The translations under genes were made by a program, and so were the position numbers. The notes beneath the pieces are model-generated. The model searched no databases. It was not told the DNA's origin and saw only the letters and a program-made list of their open reading frames with translations. From assembly GCF_009914755.1 (NCBI RefSeq), contig NC_060929.1: a stretch of 64,000 nucleotides of DNA. One strand, written 5' to 3'. Shown one piece after another: positions 13,410-28,590 of this stretch. This DNA comes from the human T2T-CHM13v2.0 reference genome, Homo sapiens. The first letter of the stretch is position 1; every line of letters starts with the position of its first letter.

Positions 13410-14512
13410 TAATCCACCATATAAACAAGCTAAAGAAGAAAAATTGTATAATATCAGTTGATGAAGTAAAGACGTTTGACAAAAATCTAGCAGCCAATCC
13501 TGATTTTTAAAACTCTTAGGAAACTAGGAATAGATGTGAACCTCCTCAAAAAATAAAAATAAGAATATTTACAGAATTCTATAGTTAATGTCATATTTAA
13601 TGGTGACAAGCCAGATGCTTTTCCCCTAAAATAAGGAACAAGAAAAAGATTTTTTTCTTCAACCATTTCTATTCAATATCATACTAGAAATCCTAGTTAA
13701 TGCAGTGAGACAAGAAAAGCAAATACAAAGTATACAGATTGGAAACAAATAAAAATATTATTTTCACAGATTATATGATTGTCTATTTTAAAAACCTCAA
13801 AGAACCTACAAAAAGAAAACTCCTGGAACTAAAGTGATTATAGCAAGATTGTGGGATACAAGGTCAACATACTAAAGTCAATTGCTTTCCCATATACTAG
13901 CAATGAACAATGGAATTTATTTTTTTAATGTCATACAGCACAATAAAATGAAATACTTATAGATATAACAAAATGTGTACAGAATCTGTATGCACAAAAC
14001 TACAGAGCAATGATGAAAGAAATGCAAGATACAAATAAATGGAGAGATTCTGTGCTCAGGGATTTAAAGACTCAATATCGTGAAGGTGCCAATTCTTTCT
14101 AACTTGATCTATAGATTCAATGCAATCAGAATCAAAATCCCAGCCAGCAATTTTGTAGATATTGACAAACTGATTCTAAAGTTTATATAGAAATACAAGG
14201 GACCTACGATAGCCAAAATAATTTTGGAAATGAACAAAGTTGACAGACTCACATTACCCAATTTCAAGACTTACTATAAGATACAATAAATAAGACAGTG
14301 CGATATTGGTGAAAAGGTAAACATAAATTAATGGAACAGAATGAAGAGCACAAAAATAGACCCACATACATGTAGTCAACTGATCTTTGAACAAGGACCT
14401 AAAGCAAGTTGCTTTTTGTGTTTTCAACAAATGATACTGGAATAATTGGATGTCTAGATGTAAACCAATGCACCTAGACACAGACCTCATACCTTACACA
14501 AAAATTAACTCA

Positions 14513-14872
<360 letters not shown>

Positions 14873-16279
14873 ACTTATGAGAAAACACAGGAGAAAATCT
14901 CTATACCATTGGGTTTTGTGATATATTTCTAGATACAACAGCAAAAGCACAGTCCACAAAAGAAAATATTAATATGTTGTATTTTATTAAAATTTCAAAC
15001 TTCTGCTTTGTGAAAGACACTATTAAGAGAATTAAAAGACAAGCCACAGACTGGGAGAAAATGTTCGTAAAACATATATTTAATTTTTAAAAATTGCATC
15101 CAAAATATACAAAGAACACTCAACAAGAAAACAATCCAGTGTTGGGCAAAAGATATGAAAAGACACCTCACCAGAGAAGGTATACAGATGACCAATAAGC
15201 CTAAGAACAGATGCTCAATATCACTTGTCATTAAGGAACTTCAAGTTAAAACAACAATGATATACTACTGCACACCTATTGAAATGGCTACTGTTTAAAT
15301 GCCAATACAATTTGCTGGTGAGGGTGTGGAGAAGCAAGAACTCTTACTCATTGCCGGTGGGAATGCAAAACGGTATAGCCACTTTGGAAGATAATTTGGT
15401 GGATTTTTACAAAACTAAACAGAAGCCCCATATGATCTGGAAACTACAAGCAGTCCTACATATTCACCCAACTGATTTTAAAAGTTGTATCTACACAAAA
15501 ATCTGCATGCAAATATTGATAGCAGCTTTTTAAATAATCACCAATAACTGGAGGCAACCAAGTCGTACTTTATTTAATAGGGGAATGGATAAACTGTCCA
15601 TCCATGCAATGGAATACCATTCACTGTCCATCCATACAATGGAATACCATTGAGCAATAAAAAGAAATGAGAAAGAGAAAGCTACACAGAGACATGGATG
15701 AATCTTAAATGCACATTGCTAAGTGAAAGAAGCAGTCTAAAGGCAATGCATACTGTATGAATTCATGTATATGACATTCTGGAAAAGGCAAAACTACACA
15801 AAGGGTAAACAGATCAGCGGTTGCTGTGGCTTGGCAGAAGGAAGGTTGAATAGGTAAAGCACAGGAGGTATTTTAGGGCAGTGAAACTACTCTACATGAT
15901 ATTATAATGCTGGATACATAGCATTATGTATTTCTCAAATACCACAGAACTTTACAGCATAAACAGTGTACTTTAATGTATGGATTTTTTTAATCATTTG
16001 GGAGTTCAGCATATCCTAGGATGGAATGTAGACTATGACAAAATAATCTAACTATATTACAAATGTATGAAACAACCTTACTGAAGGGGGTAGAAGAAAA
16101 AAGGACTGACATTAAGTAGCTTTGGAAATGGTGGAGTCTGTAAGACAAAAGGCCTTAAGGAACTGCACATAAACATTGTACCTACACATTTGATAAAATT
16201 GATTCCCACAGGGATATGAGCTAACAACTCTGAAACCACTATACCTGTGTCATGGAATTGAACAACTAAAATTCAGTAA

Positions 16280-16881
16280 TTGTCCATGCGTGCTTAATGT
16301 TTAGCTCCCACTTATAAGTGAGAACATGCGGTATTTGGTTTTCTGTTCCTGCATCAGTTTGCTGCGGGTTATGGCCTCCAACTCCATCCATGTTGCAGCA
16401 AAGGGCATGATTTTATTCTTTTCATGGCTGCATAGTATTTCATGGTATATATGTACCACATTTTTTTAATCCAATCCACCACCATTGATGAGCACCTTGT
16501 TTGATTCCATGTCTTTGCTATTGTGAATAGTGCAGTGATGAACATATGAGTGCGTGTGTCTTTTTTGTATAATGATCTATATTCCTTTGGGCATATACTC
16601 AGTAATGGGGTTGCTGGGTTGAATGGTAGCACTGTTTTAAGCTCTTTGAGAAACGTCCAAATGACTTTTTCACAGTGGCTGAACTAGTGTACATTCCCAC
16701 CAACAGTGTATACTTTGACACTGCAGACTACGAGAAAGGGAAGGGAGGGAGAGGGACATGGGTTGAAGAACTACCCATTAGGTATTATGCTCACTACCTG
16801 GGTCCAAAATACCCAAGTATCAATCCTACACATGTACCCCCATATCTAAAATAAAAGCTGAAATTAGAAAATAATAATAAT
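16280..16881. mobile_element. Second 5'-inverted L1PA/PB 3' fragment
   Basis: Antisense 16280-~16715, then sense 3' end to AAAATAAAAGCTGAAA. TSD TAAAATTCAGTAA at 16267-16279 and 17187-17199. Confidence 0.8.
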
Positions 16882-17186
16882 AGCTGGGCGTGGTGGCTCA
16901 TGCCTGTGATCCCAGCACTTTGGGAGGCCAAGGCAGGTGGATCATGAGGTCAGGAGATCGAGACCATCCTGGCTAATACAGTGAAACACTGTCTCTGCTA
17001 AAAATACAAAAAAAAAAAATTAGTCTGGTGTGGTGGTGGGCGCCTGTAGTCCTGGCTATGCGGGAGGCTGAGGCATGAATGGTGTGAACCCAGGAGGCGG
17101 AGCTTGCAGTGAGCCGAGATAGCACCACTGCACTCCAGCCTGGGCGACAGAGCAAGACTGTATCTCAAAATAATAATATTAATAAA
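16882..17186 (+). mobile_element. AluY/Sc in the L1 tail
   Basis: GAGATCGAGACCATCCTGGCTAA and GAGCTTGCAGTGAGCCGAG diagnostics. Confidence 0.92.
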
Positions 17187-18461
17187 TAAAATTCAGTAAA
17201 TGGATGGAAAGTAGTAGGATCCAGATTCCTCACTGTTAGAATGGGAGTTATTGACAAGCAAGGGGAGGAGGCTAGAATGACCCATGTGGTAATGGATTCA
17301 AGTTGGAGACGTCAGCAAGAACTCAAGTTTAACTTAGTATAGATACAAATGGTTACACATAAAAATATTTACATGTATGCACATGGGCTTGAAGATACAT
17401 ACATTTATTTGCTCTATAAGCTAGGAAGACCTATAAGTAACAACACTCCAGTAGCAATGAGCACACCTAAGTACCCAGATCTTGGTTTCTAACACCATCC
17501 TCCAATAAAAGGAACCAGAGCTCCCTGGAGAGAGGACTGATTCTAGGGCTGGGGCAGGAAATATCTGAAATGAACCTGGAACATCTTATAGAGCCAGAAA
17601 GTAAGGAAGTGCAGAAAAAAAGAAAAAACCCACAATGATAGGAGTATGTCAAAGGGATCCAGGAGCCAACGACAGAGTTCCCAATGGCCAAAGGTGGAAC
17701 GATCTGAGCAACAGAATAAAGTGGTATTGGATTATTACTCAAAGTCAAACGTAGGTTACATGAGCCATACCGACATAAATAAATAATTGACTACATAAAC
17801 AAACAACCATGGAAGAATAGACACATCTCCTATGCAGAAGAATTCCAAATAATTCACATAGATAACCCCACCCCTAAGTGCAAACTGCACATAATGATGT
17901 TCTTCAAAAAAATATCATATGGAAAGTGGGGGTAACTTTACAGTGGAGAAACCTGATAAACACTATTTCAGCCAGGTGATCAAAGGTAATAAGTCATGTT
18001 GATAGTATACATCCTTGATATGATGTGATAAAAATGGCTCGGCAATCTTCCTTCCAAAACCCCATAACCTCAGTCTAATTATGAGAAAAGCAGACAAATC
18101 CCAACTTAGGGACAATCTACAAATGACCACTACTCCTCAAAACTGTCAAAGTCATCCAAATAAGAAAAATCTGAGAAACTGTCACAGCCAAGAGGACCCT
18201 GAGAATGTATGACTAAATGTAATGTGCTGTCCTGAATGGGATCCTGGAATGGAAAAAAAGACTTTAGGGGAAAACGAAAGAAATGTAAACAAGATATGGA
18301 TTTTAATTAATAATATATCAATATTAGTTCACTGACACCATATTAGCGTAAGGTGTTACCAATAAGGGAAACTGGGTGTGGTGTCTATGGGAACTCTCTA
18401 TACTACCCTTGCAGCTTTTCTGTAAATCTAAATCTATCCTATAATACAAACTTGCTTTTAG

Positions 18462-18760
18462 TTTTTGTTTGTTTTTTATTTTTTATTTTTTGAGACAGAG
18501 TCTCATTCTGTCGCCCAGGCTAAAGTCCAGTGCAATCTCCACTTCCTGGGTTCAAGCAATTTTCCTGCCTCAGCCTCCCGAGTAGCTGGGATTACAGGCA
18601 CCTGCCATCATGCCTGGCTAATTGTTTTCTTTTGTATTTTTGTAGAAATGGGGTTTCACCATGTTGGCCAGGCTGGTCTCGAACTCCTGGCTTCAGGTGA
18701 CCCGCCTGCCTCAGCCTCCCAAAGTGCTGGGATTACAGGCATGAGTCACCGCGCCTAGCC
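18462..18760 (-). mobile_element. AluS
   Basis: Alu dimer flanked by AAACTTGC duplication. Confidence 0.93.
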
Positions 18761-20589
18761 AAAACTTGCATTTAAAAAACGTAAACTGGTAGCCCATATT
18801 TCTTGACAAACCCCAAGCTCTCTCCTCCGCCAGCTCTCCTCTCCTCCTCCGTGCCCTCTCTCCCTCCCTCCATGCCCACCTCCTTCTCTGTTGAATTTGA
18901 AATCTCTATTAAATGCACATCAGTAGTTTAATAACTGTCAGGGAGAAAAACAAGAAAAATCAAGCTGACTGTTGACTCTTTATGCTCATTCCTGTGAATG
19001 TAGAGTGAGTGTGAGCAGAGGTCTCATGACATGCAAACTTAGTCTGGCCAAAGCAGTCGGCCACTCAGGAACTGATGCTCTAAGAAGAGGTCCGCAAAGA
19101 CGTTCTCCTATACAAACTTGTGTTTGAAATCACTTAACCTCATTTACCAATCTCTGTCTACAATTGACTACATATTAGCAATGCTCCCTGATTGAGTATC
19201 TCACCTCTGAGGCCCCTCTGCATTTGACTCATTCTTCTAATCTTTTGCAGGTTATACAGTCTGATGCTTTACACTTAAATTTCTTCCTCCTTCTGAATAC
19301 TCTTTCTGAGTATTCCTCCCTCAATACTGCCCTAAAAATTTGATCCTCAAACCTTGGATTTAGAACTTGAAGCCTTCATTGCTATTCTCTGGAAACATCT
19401 ATAATTAGGAGCCTGTGGGAACATTTAACATAAAAATATCACAAAACATTTAATATCTATGTCAATGATGAGAAAAATAGAATTTGAAAACCTCCCAAAA
19501 GGTTAAACCTAAGAACAAACACTGGAGTGTTTTTCAGTTTCAAAATAATCAGAAGTGGTTGATGTCACGATGTAGACTGCTTTTTAGAAGAGGCTCTTAA
19601 ACATTTGAGCAACAGCAACCAAGCTAGAAAACCTAGAGAATTCAATCGGGAAAATGGCAGTGGTCATTCCTGCTGTGCCCAGTAGCACCTGACATCTTTG
19701 CTCTCAAAACTTGGAGAAAATTCTTGCTGTGGTTTTTTTCAGAGCCAGGGTACTAGAAGTCTCCAGGGCTCTGAGCTTTTACCATTAATAAAATATCCAA
19801 AACTGACCTGAGGGGAAATGCATTGGCTCCAAAATATGACAAAAGGACTGCAAAATTAAAATTAAGAACAATTTCACAAACAACATCTAAAAATCCTTCT
19901 TTTTTGCAGCAAATATATATATGTATATATTTAAGAAGGAGGTGGGAGCATTTTAATATGTTTGATCTGATTTGCAATGTGGCACCAAAAGTAAGCGTAG
20001 TTGAGGTCTATGAAGGTCTTAAAACAAGGCAGGCCCCTGCGAAGAGCCACTTTGTGTCAACTTCTAGGATTTCGGACCTGTTCCCACTAATGATCCCCAA
20101 CCTGGAGTCCCCAAGGACCCCCTTGTGGGTGTGTTTCATCATTTCCCAAAAGCTGAACAGAGAAAATGATTGAACTTATAAGAAGGGCACACAGTGCATT
20201 ATTTTCCAAATGAGATGCATTTCATCAGCATTATTGCAAATATGGACTCTGAGGAAGCTCAGTAAAAGGGTCCCTTTGTGTAAGACCTCCACGTAGTGGT
20301 GAAAGTCATGTCCTGGGGGAAAGGGCAAGGGCTGGGAGCAGGGCAGGCCCTGTAACCCTATGATCTGCACTGGTCAGCTGAGCCTCTACAAGCCAGGCCC
20401 CAGTCCCAGCCAGCCTCAGCCAAACTAGGCACTGATGATCAAGCCAGAGATGTGCACAGGTGAGCTCAGAAACACACACAGTGCTCAAGACTGTACCTTC
20501 TTTCAGGGACTCAGCACCCTCGTCCCAACCCCGCCAGCAAAGCAACCACAGCTGGAGCTCTTCCTGCCTAACACCCAGTCCAGCATGCT

Positions 20590-21330
20590 TCTCTAATAAT
20601 TTTATTTTAATTAAACCTACGATACACGTAAACACAAGATTCTTGTAAAAAGCAAGAAATATACAAAGTAAAACGTTAAGGCCTCCCCGCCTTGGTTCTC
20701 CCCAAACCTCACTCTTCTCCTGAGAGATACCACAGAGGTGCACAGTCACGGGGTGGAGCTTACACTTGAGGACTGGGACTTACCTACATAAATTATTTGG
20801 AATTCTTCTGCATGGGAGATCTGTCTATGCACCCACATTTATTTATTTATTATTTGTTTCCATTATTCAGGTGGGTAGGCACTTTTCTACATCTTTTTCT
20901 ATGTATTTACATTAAGAAATATATACTTCTTACACTTTTTGAAATAAAAGGAACTGTATTGCTTGACAACTTGTTTTTTCACTAATATGCTCTGAAAGTT
21001 CTTTCTTAACTATGCTTATGGATCTACCTTTCTTTTAAACTACCGCATACTAGCAACAATGTACATTTTAGTAATTCATTCCCCTCCTGCTGGACACTTG
21101 GGTTGTCTTCAGTTGACTTTCACAAGCAAGGCTGCAGTGTGCATCCTTTACACACACATCTCTGAGCACATAGGTGAGGAGGCATGTAAAAGAGATTCAT
21201 GGAAGTGGGATTGCTGAGCCAAATTGTGTGCATGCTTTAAAGTTTGGTTGTCCTAGCCAAATCCCCCTTGCACTTGTCCATATCCATTTACACTGCTATG
21301 AATAGAGCAGGAAAGTGTCTGTTTCTTGCC
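20590..21330 (-). mobile_element. Old L1M fragments
   Basis: GGACACTTGGGTTGT...GGAAGTGGGATTGCTG is antisense L1 ORF2 end. 20783-20826 is the reverse complement of an L1MC 3' UTR block like 17818-17861. Confidence 0.6.
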
Positions 21331-22069
21331 TCTAACCCAGAAGTTCTGCTAGTCAGTGGAACCTCATCCAAGTGTGACATTCTAAATGTCATGACCTAGG
21401 AGCAAGCAATGTTATTAGTACCAATGAAAGCTTTCTAAAAATGGCATGCCAATTTGCTCTTGCCTTGAAGGTACTATGACCAGTCTTGTTAAACAAACTA
21501 GAACCCTCACCTTATTGCCCCTGGACTGGATCCTCTTTAATCCTCTCCTTTGCCAGTCAGGAACATACTGTTTTACAGCAAGTAAAAACCCACAGCTGTT
21601 TCAGCAGAATTAGTGTGGAGCACTGTCTCCCCTGACACCCCCCCTCAACCATTTAACAGTAAACAGCAGTGTGCATTAAAGAAGCATCTTACAAATGGGG
21701 CTGACCATTATCTTAATTACAGTCAACATGTTTATAATGCTAAATACATCTGTCCTAAAAACTCAATCTCAAAACAGCGTGCATGTGGCTAGATAATCTG
21801 GGAGCGCATTTGTGACATTCGGTTGACATTTCCTCTCTCTCCTGGGTAAAAGGGTTGATTGCCATCCAGGCACATCCCCATGAGAGAGAGCCCTAGTTTG
21901 CCATTTAAACACTATTTCAATTATTTTTCCTGTGATTGTGTCAGTGATGGAGAAACCTAATTTAGCAGAAAGGATCAGCCCTTATAAACTCAGCAGAGTC
22001 AATGCCACAACAAAAATTAAGGTTTGTGTATAATAAGCACCTACCCTAAACTTTTCATAAAGTTATCAA

Positions 22070-22500
22070 TTCACTTATTCATCTAATGAACTAAAATATT
22101 AACTTGGATGGCTATTGCATGCCAGGCCATGCTGGGTGCTGGAATATAGTGTTGAAAAGGACACACTGAGCCCTCCAAGGGCTGCCTCACTCACTGGAGA
22201 GAACGGGAACCAAACAGCACACAGGACAAGACGGATGTCCTGCAAGGGGCTGTAGTCTGGAGGGAAGGATTCCAGCTCTGAGGCCTACACTTGAAATGAG
22301 TCTCAAACAGATGAGGACGACAAGGAGGAAGGGTGTCCCATTTGGAAGAAAAGCAAAGAGGTGCCACCAGTATGCCTTTGAGAGCAATGGGCAGATGAGC
22401 ACAGCTGGAGAGAGTTTGCAGAAGGGAAGGGCATGCTCACACCCTGGGGCTATCGGGAAATCATCTGGTTAATTCTTCAGGTGACCAAGAAGGGGCTTCT
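22070..22500. mobile_element. L2 fragment
   Basis: TGCCAGGCCATGCTGGGTGCTGGAATATAG motif. Confidence 0.55.
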
Positions 22501-23279
22501 GCAGAGGGTAGAGATCACCCCAAAGCCACTAATTTGGCAGCCTGTAAGTCCCCATTTGGATCAAACCTAATATATTTAAATTCGTCTCCACTTCACGGCC
22601 TATATCCAGAAAATCCATCTAGCACCCACTTCCCAGTCCCATGTTTTCAGGCGCTGGAGCTCCCACCCCAGCTCTCCTCATTCCCTGTCTCTTTCCACCT
22701 GTCAAAGCTCTGTCCGTCCTTCAAGCCCACCTCCAATGCCACTTCCTTCCCAGCCCTGTGCTCGGTTCCCATGCTCTGCCAGCAACACTCTCCCATCTTC
22801 CCCATCCTGCCTTTACCCTCTCATGTCCCTCTCCAAAAGCACCAGGCAAGTGTAGGTAAATGCTTGCTGAAATAAAGTGTACCCTGATTGAATTGATCTG
22901 CAAACATAGGAATGTTTCAGCCCTTGAGTAAGCCATCTCCCTGTTTTGTTATCTTTGAACTCCACAAGGCCGTGTTTTTGAAATTTAAATGTCTCAAACG
23001 TTTTCTTACACTCTACCCAAAGACAGAAGCTTCCTGTTGTCCTTGCTCACTTAATTCTTTCAAAGACCATCAACCTCAGTGTTGCTAATGTTCACAACTG
23101 GGTAATGTTCACAGCTCGTTCACAGTTTATAAAACCATTCTCTCTACTTTTTGTATATCCTTGAAAAATGTCAATAATAATAAGAATTTTTTAAGGCACA
23201 GTATTTGAGATATTTGGGACCCTCTTAGGAAGTCCTTGTTTGGTTAGGACTATTTCCTGGTAAACAGATTCTTGATTAA

Positions 23280-23530
23280 AACTATAGGCTTTCAAGTCAG
23301 AGAGCCTAAATTCAGAGCTGGCCCCATCATTTACCAGCTGTGTGACCTTGAACACATTACATGCCCTCTCTCAATATTAATTATGATCTGTAAGATAGCA
23401 ATGATGATAATTGCGCCCACCTCGTAGGATAAGTATAAGAATGGAATGAAATAAGGAATGCATAGTGCTTGACACAATGCAGGGCATGTGGTTATCAAGG
23501 CTCGGTAAAATTGAATTAGTGGCATTACCT
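23280..23530 (+). mobile_element. MIR
   Basis: TTTACCAGCTGTGTGACCTTGAAC ... GTGCTTGACACAATG. Confidence 0.65.
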
Positions 23531-23622
23531 GGAAAAAAAAAACTCCTTCTCCTTACATCATACTTTCAAAACATTTTTTGGTGATGGTTTATTTGCATAT
23601 GTGTCTTTCTCCTCTAAGACTA

Positions 23623-23758
23623 GTATGTGTATGCATATATGTACATGTATATGTATGTATATGTCTCTAAGTACCTATGCATATATATCATATATGATAT
23701 GCATAGGTACTTAGAGACATATACATACATATACATGTACATATATGCATACACATAC
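23623..23758. repeat. 136-bp AT-rich palindrome
   Basis: Perfect 62-bp inverted arms at 23623-23684 and 23697-23758. Confidence 0.95.
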
Positions 23759-23875
23759 ATATGTGTGTATATGTATATATATGATTCAATATATATATTA
23801 TGCAATACATATATATGTGTATATATATTATGCAATATATATATATAATTGCAATATATATATATATATGCAATT
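23759..23875. repeat. (TA)n/TATG-rich low-complexity repeat
   Basis: ATATATATTATGCAAT-like units. Confidence 0.85.
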
Positions 23876-24039
23876 ACCTCTATACAACCATGTCACTCTA
23901 GGGAACTGCAAGCCTCAGAAATCATGTGGAAGTTGTACCCAAAGACTTTAGAGAAAGCCTAGCAGACTTACACAAATACATCAAGCACCCAGAAATAAAC
24001 TTCACTGAAATTGTGACTCCAGCATTCCTTACTTTGACT

Positions 24040-24909
<870 letters not shown>

Positions 24910-26019
24910 TATATCTCCTATTTCTAAGCCAGAAAATATCTTAGAAAGCATCTTATCTAACCTCCTTGTTGTAGAGACCAAACCCCCACCTTATTTTCAA
25001 GGGATGTAAAGCAGCCTGTCCATTTTTTTTTTAAATGAAATGGAACATCTTGCCCTACAATTCAGCCTTCCTAGGTCCCACCACCACTACCATTTTGCTA
25101 GCATTTCTGCCAGTGGAAGCATAAGAAGTAGTATCACTTCTGAGTACACAGCTCAGGGTAGACCCTTTTCAATGGCTGAAAACATTTACCCATTTTGAAA
25201 GCTGGTAGAGTCTGTATTCTATGAGCATGAGAAAAATTCCAACTGGCTTTGTATATTTTCTCATAGTGATTAGAAAGTTAAACCCTTTTAAATCAGAGAT
25301 TATTCTTGAGCTTCTAATACTATTTAAATTACAACTCCCAAATCTTGAATGATGTAACAGACTAAAGTCCAAATGCTGCTTTTTAAATTCTGTGCATCAC
25401 ACGGAAGTTACTTAACGTGACAGAAGGCAACATAGATTGGCCTGCTAACAAAATCCTGGAGGTTTTGTCTGTGCTAGAATGCTCACCATCTTCTCAATCC
25501 TCCATAAAATAAACAGGTTGATTTGTCATCGTTCATATCCAGGAAGTCTCAAACATATCCATAGAGTTGCATCTTACCTATATAGTACTACAATTTCATA
25601 GCCCAGAGGGCTCAATCCTTCTCATGACCGAAGTAACCAGATCGTGCAAAGCAGTAAGTCCTAAATTTAACAGCCGGCAGGCCATCAACTGATTTATTAC
25701 TCCTGAAACAAATTCTACAAGATAAAGACATTTTAAGAAGAAAATGTTGTGGATAGATTTATTCAATCAGTATCTAGTGGTAACTTAAAGCAATTTTCTT
25801 AACCACGCAGATATAAAAAGCCACTTGCTTTTGGAATACCAGATAACCACAGCAAAAGACAATAGTGTCTGGGAAAATCCCAAACCACCTGTACTCTGAA
25901 AGTCATTTCCATTTGCTTTAAGCAAACATGCAACAAATCAAGTATATAGCAAATCCATTATTACTAATGCAACAAATATTGTGATTAACCCCTTCAGAAT
26001 AGAGATCTTGCAAAGAATC

Positions 26020-26540
26020 AGTGAGCACTTCTCAGTGCTCAGAGCTCTTATAGGCATTAACTTCATTTTAACCCTCCCAAGAACCTGCATATTTATTTCC
26101 ATTTCACAAATGGGCAAACAGGCTGAGAGGCAAAGGCATAGGGCTATGCTCACACAGGTAGTTGCAATTCCTATCTGAAATGTCAGCCCTCCCCTGCCTG
26201 AAACAAAGCCTGAGCTTTTTTGCATTCCAGGCCCTCAACTGTGGGCTGGCTCTGGGGGAAAGAGTGGCTGAAATGCTGCTGGTGCAGGCCTGGAGATAAA
26301 TCATGATGGAGCCCCCAGAGAGTGGAGAGTTCAGAAAGTCACTGAAGTTAGACTACATATCAATTTGCTTTGGGGGGCAACACCCCCAATGAGAAAGTTA
26401 ATGCAGAGGTTTTGCTCCTCCCATTTAATGGATCAGGATAACTGAGGCTCAGAAAGCATGACTTGCTCAGATGCCAAGAGAAACCAGTCACTTTCCTGAA
26501 TGAAACCTACCCTACGCATTGAAGCCCGGTGCTCAGTCCC
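26020..26540 (-). mobile_element. MIR fragments
   Basis: ATTTCCATTTCACAAATGGGCAAACAGGCTGAGAGG and ATAACTGAGGCTCAGAAAG. Confidence 0.6.
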
Positions 26541-27832
26541 CACTTCCACAAAACTTCCTGCTGTGTCAGTTACCAATAAGAGCTGTGTATCTAGTTGATT
26601 AGGAAAGATGTCTTCTTGGACGGAGAGGGGAAAAAAGCACCTCTTTCAAGTTGTCTTAATCTTGGTAAAGTGTTTCACATATATTTAGCATTATTAAGGC
26701 TCACCAATACAGTTAAAAATGAAGTGAAAGTCATCTTGTAATTTCGCTTTTATAATTATAAATCAAATTCTCCGAAAGGTTCTTTGAGTAAAATTAACAT
26801 TTCGTAAGATTCCCTTTATCAATCCAATATGCCAGGAATCCAAAGTAGTCTCATTGAAGGTGTATTGAATTTTATAATTATTGAACATAATTTCTAGACA
26901 TATCATTCATTTGCACTCTTTTGCCAAGGAGATAAATGGTAAAGGCTCATATTTCATGGGTTTGACAATTCTGCCTGAGCATTGTAGCTTGTGTTGCTGA
27001 GCTTCTAATTTAAGAACAAAATTAGGCTTCAAAGAAAAAAGATATCCATAAAGTTATGAAACAGAAAGAAAAGGCATCATGCTTTTTGGGTGCTCATTCT
27101 AGGTATGTTCATTATATGCCAAAGCCCAGAGAAGGCAAATACAGAATTTAAAAAGACACCATCTGTTATGTGATGTTCCAAATTGTAAACTTAACCCTTA
27201 ATTTCTATGTCACCTGCTGTTCCGCTGTTCTCTTTCCTCAGTACAGGGGGAGAAAAATGGCTTAGCATATTAACTGAGTAGCTTTGGCAGGACCTACGGA
27301 TGTGCCTCATAAGACGTTTTGATAAGCTCAGCATCACAACCTGTATATTTTCTCCAGAAAAAAAAATTGTTATATTTTACTTTTAAAACAACCATCACAT
27401 GTACAGTGGTTGCCATCAGCTGAGAGGCTACAACAACCCAACCCAATAGCAAGCCATGGTCTTTTCTGAAATTTTTATTTTCTTTAAAATAGGCTTTTTG
27501 AAAGAAAAAGCAGAGATTTTAGAAAGTTTTAAAATCTGTGAAATGAAAAGTAAAATAATTCCTCAAGTAATTCCTTTTTTCAAAAAAAAATTATGAAGAC
27601 AGAAGGAAAAATAGCACATAGCCCAAATCAGAAAACATTTTCACTTTAAATATTCGAAGGCAACATGTGCCATACATAACTGAAGAAACTTCCACTAAAG
27701 AAAAAAAAAGTAATATATACTTGAAAATGCCTGTGTTTTCTTCCTTGTAGATCTGAAATGTTCTAGTTTTAAAAACACATTTAGCAAATGCAACACAGCT
27801 CATTCAGGGTTGATTTGAGTTCACAAAATATT

Positions 27833-27838
27833 TTTATT
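27833..27838 (-). terminator. DRD1: Distal polyadenylation signal AATAAA
   Basis: TTTATT on + strand, followed on the minus strand by a GU/U-rich tract (GCTGTGTTGCATTTG...GTGTTTTT). Confidence 0.7.
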
Positions 27839-28584
27839 ATGTGTAAGAAAGCATACAGCCAATAAAATTAAGAAAACATTCACAATACATAAATAACACA
27901 GACCTGATGCAGGAGATATTTTTCAGATTTTTTTTTCTTTTCACGGATTGCATCTAAATGTTAAGTTCATTGCTTATCAAGAAGAATACGTTGTAAACAT
28001 TTCAAAGAAACTCTGTTGAAATGCCCCACGAGTTGGCATCTGGCAAGGGAGGCTTATGATACTTTTTACAGTCCGGGTGATGATGCAGGAACCTGATTCC
28101 AAAGCACAGAGAAAGGACTAGCATTTGTCAAAAGAGATGCTGATGGCTTTGGGGGAGCTCAACACACCCAAAGGGAAGGATTCTTCTGTTTCTCCCATCA
28201 ACAGAAGTATCTGACTCAAGAATGATAATGAGGCACTATTCGTTAGTTAGTATACCATTAACATTTAAAGACTCCTTTAAAAATCAGCTCTAAATTCAGA
28301 TTAAAGCACTATAAAAAGTAGCCCCACTGACTGGTTTGGTTTGACCTGGTAAGATGGAAATGCAGGGTTTGAGTTTGGTCCCTCAGTGGGGCTGCTGTAA
28401 CCCACTGTCTGTGCTACAGATCTCTCTCCAGGAAAGCCATTTGTGTGGTTCAGAAAAACTACCTGACACATGAAATGAGAAAAGATGGAGAGGGCCAATT
28501 ATTTTACATAAATACAAAGCAGCATATACTTTTCATTACCACCTAAGATCGTAAATTTAATGCTGGGCTCTTCTTAAGTTGGCT

Positions 28585-28590
28585 TTTATT
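28585..28590 (-). terminator. DRD1: Candidate proximal polyadenylation signal AATAAA
   Basis: TTTATT on + strand inside the 3' UTR; further hexamers at 28779-28784 and 28963-28968. Confidence 0.4.

Noticed and set aside
20505-20530. RE1/NRSE-like TCAGCACC
   Set aside because: The right half-site (GGACAG) is missing.
23620-23951. Tyr/Met/Ile-rich ORFs, similar on both strands
   Set aside because: Artefacts of the palindrome and TA repeats.
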